A program made the translations under genes and the position numbers. Below are positions 36,501 to 42,833 of a DNA stretch of 64,000 nucleotides, piece after piece; the first letter of the stretch is position 1, and the number at the start of each line of letters is the position of its first letter. The stretch spans positions 31,899 through 95,898 of the forward strand of contig JAUWBF010000003.1 of the NCBI GenBank assembly GCA_030601755.1, read 5' to 3'. This DNA comes from Verrucomicrobiota bacterium. Lineage in GTDB: Bacteria; Verrucomicrobiota; Verrucomicrobiia; Opitutales; Opitutaceae. Under the pieces are notes generated by a model. The model was not told the origin of the DNA. It worked only from the letters and a program-made list of their open reading frames with translations, and made no database searches.

Positions 36501-37047
36501 GCAGGCCTTCTTCGGCCGCGTGTTCAGCAACCCGTCCTCGGTCTTCGACGAGGAGATCCTCCGCCCCGAGCAGCAGGACGCGGACATCTTCGCCGACGGC
36601 ATGGACAACATCGTCACCGCCATGAAGGAGGCCGCCGAGCACTATTTCGCCGACGGCTCCGTCGAGGACGCCTGCCCGCCGCTCAAGGCCCTGCTCCACA
36701 TCATGCGCGACGGCGTGTGGGAGGGCAAGGGACCGGAGCATCCCGAGTTCCGCGCGCTCTTCGACCGCGAGCAGATGCTCAAGAGTGACTGGTATCGCGC
36801 CCGCCTCGAGGCCAAGCAGAAGCTCGACGCCATCGCCTGGGAGCAGCACGCCCGCTATCTGGAAAAATTCCTCGGCCTCGCCAACTACAGCGACGTCGCC
36901 GTGCGGCTCGACATCAAGGGCAAGCTCAAGCGCGTCGCCGAGCAGGCCCGCGCCAGCGCCGAGCCCGCCTACGCCGACACCTTCGTCGGCACCCTCGGCG
37001 CCGAGCCCGCCATCGCCGGCGCGCTTGCCAAGCTGCCTCCGCTCTGA
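33577..37047 (+). CDS. large conserved enzyme-like protein (1156 aa), possible PPi-dependent PEP carboxykinase
   Basis: Part of ORF 33454..37047, ATG at 33577. No TM segments, no low complexity, no P-loop seen. The size matches the ~130-kDa PPi-PEPCK family. The assignment is from recollection only. Confidence 0.35.
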   Translation: MKTNAEHTSLVLPDPLDPRLLAYLNLKLREIGQEGVALPKTDDDGLSGLVDHLLAVSREKDRMLARHLSPVDQRIQNYLYYALDEHAEVPRLPATTLVLDRPGLAKALSLPPSADEYRSSILTSTRVANGVLHNPKSDRRTTQGIFHVAEGGLPIPDDKKAVPAATFARILAKALNPPAELLRLPYTAREHRPAACFVSLYLRPVVVPAVPGFSPKRTMETRFFIPGSLVANLDFVESIFGNAGDPGLPENDAALDPEHWTGHTGCIILAPHLNGLTKKELGLPNIKDATERQKRDGMCWAEPDERYNDGVAFKITCRDAHGVVVTVISDNYFGYCKKEVKTQLSFSANLLGLAEEEHAGGAIAFPSYDLGEDFRLNTNEPGVDHTFADSLKLLGDRAELQPAGWAADTVYPDIYYVPEDAYFDLRAQTVTWGSGDKAVKLKLLPRITYVLPSGYKVEMVRPDGATRWKLRGTKAEGLLCHKPCTVSGGGKSEISKSIADATFTGPVFVSDLAKDLDIVDEILAKEYGQRFRDPAKNRAKGRPILSRERSLGSVVKLLSRSPDYTEEYNAWLGSIPRYIRDLVLLVKRLYKPEWGTEWRKHFSVDTINGRPGNELKYHGQKLQAQYLRIGYTKDGGWRTFSLRSDFMPAVKIQAEDDITASTVAPAASVVGSSAAERPGASIKVVHNCETRLFQRPDDAIVRGYDRHTERDFSARGNFFSNYEALTRDEAKDVVEDTLGFESFTPPVRDLFKDFLAADKPDFVVSPAHPRIVDGKPTKNPRYLQVRPDLVDPRTTYVAQSAARLLRGLDAAKTPVFPVGAVLMGRRMNPPEKGVRALCTYSPIHYQELPEAFMDLIASLTGKSPSTTGAGSEGALTKGPFNALPPIYDLNAALVSFLITDLPAFSSAAGWVGPKLRVDHDVSLLVPEIWCRMSREERDPKFLIANGYLEKVEDFDHAGKKVLASRLGYRITTRFVQAFFGRVFSNPSSVFDEEILRPEQQDADIFADGMDNIVTAMKEAAEHYFADGSVEDACPPLKALLHIMRDGVWEGKGPEHPEFRALFDREQMLKSDWYRARLEAKQKLDAIAWEQHARYLEKFLGLANYSDVAVRLDIKGKLKRVAEQARASAEPAYADTFVGTLGAEPAIAGALAKLPPL

Positions 37048-37111
37048 GAGCAGTCCGGCCCGCCGCCGCCCGCCCTCACGCGGGCGGCGTGCGGTCCTCC
37101 GGCTCGGACTG

Positions 37112-37171
37112 GTAGCGCAGGCTTCCAGCCTGCCGTCCCAAACACGATGGCAGGCTGGAAGCCTGCGCTAC
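37112..37171. repeat. REP family 2: perfect 23-bp inverted repeat GTAGCGCAGGCTTCCAGCCTGCC / GGCAGGCTGGAAGCCTGCGCTAC
   Basis: Arms at 37112-37134 and 37149-37171, between convergent genes. Each arm is also a mini-hairpin (GCAGGCT-NNN-AGCCTGC). Confidence 0.9.
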
Positions 37172-37179
37172 GTTCGATC

Positions 37180-38013
37180 TCAGCGGCGCTTCACCACCCA
37201 GAACTCCGCTCCCTGCGGGTCGGCGAGGCGGGCGCTGTCGCCGAGGCCGTCGCGCTCCGCGGGCTCGAGGATCTGCCGGCCGCCCGCGGCGACCGCGCGC
37301 GCCACCGAGCGGCGCACGTCCTCGACCTCGATGCACGGCAACCACCCGGGCGACGTATTCGCATCGGCATGACGCAGTTCGGCGACGGCGTGCTTGGCGA
37401 CCACCGCCCGCGCGTCCGGCGCGTCGGGCGCGGCGCGCTCGACCGTCCAGCCGGCCACGGTTTGGTAGAAGGCGTCGATGTTGTCGCGCGGCAGCGTCTC
37501 GCCGACGTGCCAGAGGATCGGCGGGACCGCGACGTAGGGTTGGCGGATGTGCAGTTGCACGAGGCCCAGGCGCGCCTGGCCCGGGCCGGCGACCTCGACC
37601 ACGCGGCCGATGAGGTGCTCGCGCGGGGGACGGACGACGAGGCCGCCGGTCCCCAGCGCCTGGTCGGCGACGAGGTCGGCGTCGAGCACCTGCACCCAGC
37701 ACGTCCAGCGCGCCGGACCCTCGTCGGAGGTGAAGCCGGCGAAGAGTTTTCCGCCGTGGCTGAGCATCACGTAGGGCTGCTCGCCGGGCGACGTCACGGG
37801 CGCGCGCACGATTTTCCAATCGAAGACCGAGGCGTAGAACTTCGCGGACGCCTCGGGCGCGGCCGACACGATCTCGTGCCACACGAACTGTCCCTCGGGC
37901 AGGAATTTTTGGCCGGCCTTCTGGCGAGGCGCCTCGGCTTGCAACCCCGCGGACATCGGCAGGAACAGGCAGGCGGCGAGGGCGAGGCGCGGGAAAACCG
38001 TGGAGAGAGGCAT
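37180..38013 (-). CDS. secreted two-domain VOC (glyoxalase/bleomycin-resistance fold) family protein
   Basis: ATG at 38013 gives MPLSTVFPRLALAACLFLPMSAGLQAE (signal peptide). Then FVWHEIVS...FYASVFDWKI and a second similar half (FYQTVAGWTV...LADPQGAEFWVV). Confidence 0.6.
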   Translation of the reverse strand: MPLSTVFPRLALAACLFLPMSAGLQAEAPRQKAGQKFLPEGQFVWHEIVSAAPEASAKFYASVFDWKIVRAPVTSPGEQPYVMLSHGGKLFAGFTSDEGPARWTCWVQVLDADLVADQALGTGGLVVRPPREHLIGRVVEVAGPGQARLGLVQLHIRQPYVAVPPILWHVGETLPRDNIDAFYQTVAGWTVERAAPDAPDARAVVAKHAVAELRHADANTSPGWLPCIEVEDVRRSVARAVAAGGRQILEPAERDGLGDSARLADPQGAEFWVVKRR

Positions 38014-38119
38014 GGTCGCGGAGGTTGACGCAAATCCGCGCAAAGGGAAGGCCGGTCGGCGGCTCCGGCGGCAAAACACGCTGGACCGCCGCGGGCGCGG
38101 CCCCGAAAGTGCGCGACCG

Positions 38120-38863
38120 ATGAAGCGCCCGAATTTCAGCGAACTGACCCCGTTTCAATTCGTCATCCTGGTGCTGTCGCTGTTCGTGCTCGGCGTGATC
38201 GCGCTGGAGCTGTTCGTCGACCTGCCGCCGGAGACGGTGCGGGTGTTGACGTGGATCGACAACGCGGTGTGCACGGTGTTCTTCGTGGACTTCGTGATCC
38301 GGTTTCGCGTGGCCGAATCGAAGCTGCGCTTCATGAAGTGGGGCTGGATCGACCTGCTGGCCAGCGTGCCGGCGGTGGAGGCGTTGCGCTGGGCGCGGCT
38401 TTTTCGCATCATCCGCATCCTGCGGTTGCTGCGCGCGGTGCGTTCGCTGCGGGCGTTGCTGGAGATCTTGTTTCGCAGCCGCACGGGCGGCGGCGTGGCC
38501 TCGGTGTCGATGATCACGTTCCTGGTGCTGGCCCTGAGCTCGGCGGGCATCCTGGTCGCGGAACATTCGGAGCGCTCCAACATCAAGACTGCGGAGGACG
38601 CGGTGTGGTGGAGCATCACGACGATCACCACGGTTGGTTACGGCGACCTGTATCCGGTGACGGCGTCGGGCCGCTTGATCGCCGGCGTGCTGATGTTTTG
38701 CGGCGTGGGTCTGTTCGGCACGCTCAGCGGCGTGATCGCGGGCTTTTTCCTGGGCGGCGGCAAACGCGAGCCCGACGCTGCCGAGGAACTCCGCGCCCTG
38801 CGCCAGGAGGTGGAGGCTCTGCGCGCTGAGCGCGGGAACGGCGGCCGGGCAGGGGAGGGCTGA
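38120..38863 (+). CDS. voltage-gated-type potassium channel
   Basis: S4-like RLFRIIRILRLLRAVRSLR and the selectivity filter TTVGYGD. ATG at 38120, within ORF 38000..38863. Confidence 0.85.
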   Translation: MKRPNFSELTPFQFVILVLSLFVLGVIALELFVDLPPETVRVLTWIDNAVCTVFFVDFVIRFRVAESKLRFMKWGWIDLLASVPAVEALRWARLFRIIRILRLLRAVRSLRALLEILFRSRTGGGVASVSMITFLVLALSSAGILVAEHSERSNIKTAEDAVWWSITTITTVGYGDLYPVTASGRLIAGVLMFCGVGLFGTLSGVIAGFFLGGGKREPDAAEELRALRQEVEALRAERGNGGRAGEG

Positions 38864-38901
38864 GGGTGGCGGCGTTTGGCCGTGGACGCTTGGGGTAAGA
38901 A

Positions 38902-39175
38902 TTTTAACGCGAAGCCGCGGAGGCGCAAAGCGGCGCAAGGGGGGATGGTCCGGACGAGTTGAGTAATCCGCATGGCACGCTGTATTCAGGCCTTAACCAC
39001 CGTCGACACAGACGGGCGCGGATTGACCGGCTGGTATCCGTGATAATCCGTGCGATCCGTGGTCAAAACCTTGGTTTAAAAGTCCCGGACTAAGGGGGCG
39101 GCCAAAGGAGGACCGCAACCTTCGGCTGCATCACAGGGCCAGTCTGATGATGAACCCTTTGCCTCGCGGTTCTTG
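38902..39175. repeat. REP family 1 copy with degenerate partner arm; interior carries ATCCGTG x3
   Basis: 38902-38945 is TTTTAACGCGAAGCCGCGGAGGCGCAAAGCGGCGCAAGGGG. ATCCGTG occurs at 39036, 39046 and 39055. A degenerate opposite arm, CCCTTTGCCTCGCGGTTCTTGC, lies near 39150. Confidence 0.5.
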
Positions 39176-39743
39176 CACGATGTCGCGCAGCTCTTGCACG
39201 ATGTCGCGCGGGTAATGCGCGGTGTCGTGCTGTTCGTGCATGGTATCGTGCGGTTCGTGAGCGATGTCGTGCAGTTCGTGCGCAGTGTGGTGCAGTTCGT
39301 GCACGGTATTTGCGCAGGGCGTCGAGCAGGCGTTCGCCGAATTTCTTTTGCAGGACGACGTTGGTGCGGGTGTGGGCCTTGATTTCGTCGCGCAGGAGTT
39401 TTTCGAGCAACTCCACCGCGAGGTTCTTTTGCGGCATGGCGCGCACGTCTTCCAAAAACTCTTTCGAGAGCAGGCCGATGTTGGGCTTCTTCAGGCCGGC
39501 GAGGGCGAAGATGTCTTCCACGCCTTCGGAGACGACGGCGTTGTCGAGGATGCGGCGGAGGGCGGAGTGTTTTTCGGCCTCGGTGAGTTTCTTGTCCACC
39601 GTGGTGTATTTCACGATGGCGGCTTTCACCGCGCCGAAGAAAGCGATCTCGGTGCGCAGCTCCTCCGCCTCGTCGAGCGTGCCGCAGAGGGCGAAGGCGC
39701 GGGTGATGGCGATGACGAGGTCGAGGAAACGCTGCCGCTCAGT
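39090..39743 (-). pseudogene. hsdR: type I restriction enzyme HsdR, C-terminal fragment only
   Basis: Minus frame directly after the TGA at 39744-39746: TERQRFLDLVIAITRAFALCGTLDEAEELRTEIAFFGAVKAAIVKYTTVDKKLTEAEKHSALRRILDNAVVSEGVEDIFALAGLKKPNIGLLSKEFLEDVRAMPQKNLAVELLEKLLRDEIKAHTRTNVVLQKKFGERLLDALRKY. This is the HsdR C-terminal (DUF3387-like) region. It has no helicase or nuclease part and runs into a repeat array below 39306. Confidence 0.75.
39165..39305. repeat. degenerate 21-bp tandem repeat, about 7 units
   Basis: Units include cgcgcagctcttgcacgatgt / cgcgcgggtaatgcgcggtgt / cgtgctgttcgtgcatggtat / cgtgcggttcgtgagcgatgt / cgtgcagttcgtgcgcagtgt... They translate as (ARTARHR)n in the hsdR frame. 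Confidence 0.75.
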
Positions 39744-40871
39744 TCACTTTGGGTTCAGAACCAGCATCATCTCTTTCGCATGTTGTCGCGCCGCACGCCC
39801 ACCTTCATCTGCGCGGCCATCGCCTGTTCCGCCTAGTGTGCTAAACCTGCTGGATACCTGCGTTTCGCCAACGTGGAAGTGTTTACTCGCGATCTCCCTG
39901 ACTGTGGTGCCTGAAAGGCCATTGGAGCACTCATGATCCGGAAAGGTTAGGATTGCTCGTGCACTTCGGGAAGCGACGGTCTCAAGCAGGTTATCAAGCG
40001 CGCCCGGTGATTCAGAACCAACACTATATTTTGAACGTGGACGCAGCTCCGGTGCTGGGTAGCGACCGATGCCGGAAACTTCGCCGCATGAACCTTGCGC
40101 GATCGTTTCCAAAACATGATAGAACCGGCTGTAATGAACACCCGAATACGGGGGGTCGATGAATGCAAGGTCTCCCTCCTCAAGGCGAGTTGCCGCCTCA
40201 TTCGCATCGGCAACTTCAGCTCGTCCTTGCTGCTGAGCGCATAGAATCCCGATGGATTCGAATGCGTTGTGAGTCTTCTGCACGATATCCCTGTTCCAAG
40301 CTTCGGCCAAATACCGCTTCGATGTTTTCGTCGGTTGGAATGGCTGGGCGGTATGCCCTGGAGCTGCGGCGCACTGACTTGCGGCGTGAATGACCGCGGC
40401 GAGCGCGACTGTTCGTGAAGGTTCCCTTTCAGGCAGCTTTGCGCATAACGCGTCAATCCACACAGCTTGCTTCGCGCTAAAGTAATGGCCACCGTATGCT
40501 TTCGTAATGGGTAGTTCCGACTGAGCGCTGCACCATTTGCGACACGCCGAAACGGACGCAATGGTGACCTTGGTCGTGTCCGGAACCCCGAGCCTTTTTA
40601 CAAGTGATTCAGCTCGTCTCTTCCAAGCGGGAAAGAAGGCATTTGGATCAAGCGCCTCCTGCCGGTGGATCACAGCTCCAGCAAGAACGGCACTGTAAGC
40701 TTGGAGATCAAAAGCCAATGAGGGAATATTGAATCGGCAGGCTACATGAACTGACACGGCGGCCGAACCCGCGAAGAGGTCAATGAAACGGCGGGACTTG
40801 GGAACCTCTCGGCCGAGCAATTCGCCCAGTCCGTTGCCAAGCATAGCTCGCTTTGATCCCATATACTTCAT
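39744..40871 (-). CDS. DNA methyltransferase, Dam-like (D12 class; FxGxxxV and DPPY motifs)
   Basis: MKYMGSKRAMLGNGL...RFIDLFAGSAAVSVHV...LAFIDPPYSGVHYSRFY. AT-richer than the flanks. Its ATG overlaps the upstream ORF's stop (ATGA at 40868-40871). Confidence 0.65.
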   Translation of the reverse strand: MKYMGSKRAMLGNGLGELLGREVPKSRRFIDLFAGSAAVSVHVACRFNIPSLAFDLQAYSAVLAGAVIHRQEALDPNAFFPAWKRRAESLVKRLGVPDTTKVTIASVSACRKWCSAQSELPITKAYGGHYFSAKQAVWIDALCAKLPEREPSRTVALAAVIHAASQCAAAPGHTAQPFQPTKTSKRYLAEAWNRDIVQKTHNAFESIGILCAQQQGRAEVADANEAATRLEEGDLAFIDPPYSGVHYSRFYHVLETIAQGSCGEVSGIGRYPAPELRPRSKYSVGSESPGALDNLLETVASRSARAILTFPDHECSNGLSGTTVREIASKHFHVGETQVSSRFSTLGGTGDGRADEGGRAARQHAKEMMLVLNPK

Positions 40872-41507
40872 AATCCAATCCCCCACAAACCTACGCGCTC
40901 AAGCTCGTCAATCACAGCGAGGGCTGAACTCTCACTCGTCCGAAAACTGCGTATGTGGTTCTGGTCTCCCGTTAAGACCCAAAGTTCAATGTCCTCAATG
41001 GCTTTTTCGACATCCAACCAAAGGCTTTGAGGGTCGTCTGGTTCATTACCGTCATCCCAAAGTGCGAGTTCGGCCCCAAGATTGTGCCACCAGAAATGCA
41101 ATCGTGTCTTTTCAACTCCAGAATTGATAAGGAGCTGCCGAGACGCGCCAGTCGCGAGGCGAAGAAGCATCAACGCTCTCGCTAGCATCCCGAGTTGGGG
41201 CGAAGACGCATCGGAGGTTGAATCGCTATTCACTTTGCTGATGACCAAGCTAGCCATTCCGGACATAGTCGGCGATCTCAACGGATCGCTTCTCGTCGTG
41301 CCTTCGTTGAATCCCGAACTGTCGATTGCGGGCTGAATCATTTTGGAGAGTCCGCCGATAAATACCGCAAAGCGCTCTGAGATGCTTGGCGTTCATCGTG
41401 AACATGAAAAACCGTGGTTGCGGCTTCTTCCTTCCGAGCTTAGCGTCGAACTCGACTTCATCCCATTCGGGTAACCATTGCTTTACTGGAATCGCGGGTA
41501 TTTGCAT
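40868..41507 (-). pseudogene. DndB/DGQHR-like N-terminal fragment (ORF 41250..41507) plus overlapping ORF 40868..41341: either a frameshifted gene or two small coupled genes
   Basis: ORF1: MQIPAIPVKQW...PRFFMFTMNAKHLRALCGIY...FGIQRRHDEKRSVEIADYVRNG, then TAG. ORF2, in another frame, continues ...MASLVISKVNSDS...LLINSGVE...LWVLTGDQNHIRSF. The family call is weak. Confidence 0.3.
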
Positions 41508-41520
41508 AAACGGGAGCGGG

Positions 41521-41716
41521 TTAATTCAGCGTGTAGTTGTAGAAGAGCTGGCCCGGGAGGGCGAGCATGCACTCGAGGGGGGGCGGCCTCGACGAGGGCG
41601 CCTCGGATTTCGCCTTCGCCCTTGGTGTTGGACGACATGGAGCCGTTGGCGAGCAGCAGGGCCATGGAGCTGTGCTGGGCGAGGTGCTCGTGGTTGACGA
41701 TGGTATCGGTGCGCAC
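41521..41716 (-). pseudogene. hsdM: hsdM 3' fragment (second copy), frameshifted and truncated
   Basis: ...HLAQHSSMALLLANGSMSSNTKGEGEIRGALVEA. After a run of C, a shifted frame reads LECMLALPGQLFYNYTLN, then a stop at 41521. Confidence 0.7.
41604..41686. repeat. 83-bp direct repeat, copy A (hsdM-derived)
   Basis: Matches 42871-42953 with 5 mismatches by my hand alignment. Confidence 0.85.
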
Positions 41717-41718
41717 GA

Positions 41719-42828
41719 CTAAAATTCCACGGTGATGTCGTGACCGAACTTCAGACCTGCGACTTCGGCGGCGAGCCGAATAATGGTCTTTTTGAGGACG
41801 TTATTGAGATTGGTGGCAACCAGCCAGCCGCCTAGCAGTTCGGCGCGCATCTCGCGAAGGTCTTCGCGGTCGGGATAAAGTTCTTCGGGTGTGCGTGCGA
41901 TGTAGCGCCGCTTGCGTCCCTGCGCGTCGGGATGCTGCGAGCACCGCTCGAGAAAGGTCGGGTCTAGTTTGCCGAGTTCGCGGAGAACCAAGAGCATCGC
42001 GTCCTTGGCGTTTTGGTAGGCGAAGACTTTTCCTCGGATCGTGAGATTTCCCCGGCGAGAGGTTTCTGCGATGGCACGGTCAGCAGGCATTGGGCGGGAA
42101 GGAGTTTCCCGTGAAGGCGCGGTAGATGCGGTGGGGGCGGGGCGTGAAGGCTGCAGCGGATATGATTGGCCCAATCCTGCAAGGAACTCGGCAACGTCAT
42201 CCTCGTCGGGGCGGATGCCTGCGCGTGACTCAACCGCGTTAGTTAGAATCTCAACAAGTAGCTCGTCGCCTTTTTCGACGAGATCACGCCATGCGAGAGG
42301 GATCGCCGCCTTTGCTTGCGATTGTCGATTTCGATTACGGTATTCGGCACGGGCGGTTTCGAGGGCTTGGCCCGATTGAATGCCGTGCGGGGAAAGATAA
42401 CGTTGGAGGGCGGCTGCAGCTTCGGCCGTGGGGCGTTCGTAGAGGTCGAGTTTATAGACGCGACGATCCTCATAGCTGCCTTGTTCAGCGGGAAGGTAGA
42501 AACTCCACGTTCTGCCGTCGGTGAGCACGACAAACGGAACGCCGGTGTGGAATGCGTATTCGAGCGCTTGGCGCACAGCGTCTTCGGCTTTGCCCGGCTG
42601 CTTAACCTCAAAGAAAACGGATGGCTTGGTCGGGGGATGACATAGGGCAAAATCGACGCGCCCTTCGCCGGTCTGATATTCGGGCCACACGACGTTTGTA
42701 TCCCAAGTATCCCAGCCGAGTTCTTGGAAAATACGGAGGACGATGCCCTGGGAGATCGCCTGTTCGTTGGGGAATCGGCCTTGGCGGAGACGTGCGGTGA
42801 TGTCGGCTAGAGTTGTATCTAGAGGCAT
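41719..42828 (-). CDS. PD-(D/E)xK nuclease-like protein (HsdR_N-type N-domain) with unknown C-terminal domain
   Basis: ATG at 42828: MPLDTTLADITARLRQGRFPNEQAISQGIVLRIFQELGWDTWDTNVVWPEYQTGEGRVDFALCHPPTKPSVFFEVKQPG...VVLTDGRTWSFY (D...EVK motif). The C-terminal ~130 aa has no recognised domain. Confidence 0.6.
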   Translation of the reverse strand: MPLDTTLADITARLRQGRFPNEQAISQGIVLRIFQELGWDTWDTNVVWPEYQTGEGRVDFALCHPPTKPSVFFEVKQPGKAEDAVRQALEYAFHTGVPFVVLTDGRTWSFYLPAEQGSYEDRRVYKLDLYERPTAEAAAALQRYLSPHGIQSGQALETARAEYRNRNRQSQAKAAIPLAWRDLVEKGDELLVEILTNAVESRAGIRPDEDDVAEFLAGLGQSYPLQPSRPAPTASTAPSRETPSRPMPADRAIAETSRRGNLTIRGKVFAYQNAKDAMLLVLRELGKLDPTFLERCSQHPDAQGRKRRYIARTPEELYPDREDLREMRAELLGGWLVATNLNNVLKKTIIRLAAEVAGLKFGHDITVEF

Positions 42829-42833
42829 GGCGG

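Noticed and set aside
33463-36849. 1128-aa minus-strand ORF opposite the 1156-aa gene (likewise 6934..9486, 13206..15026, 25166..27658 and 48634..50328)
   Set aside because: These are G/A/R/V/E-rich shadow ORFs, common in high-GC genomes. The opposite strands carry recognisable families.
39165-39305. CRISPR array
   Set aside because: The period is 21 bp with no unique spacers. The units are degenerate and contiguous, and there are no cas genes.
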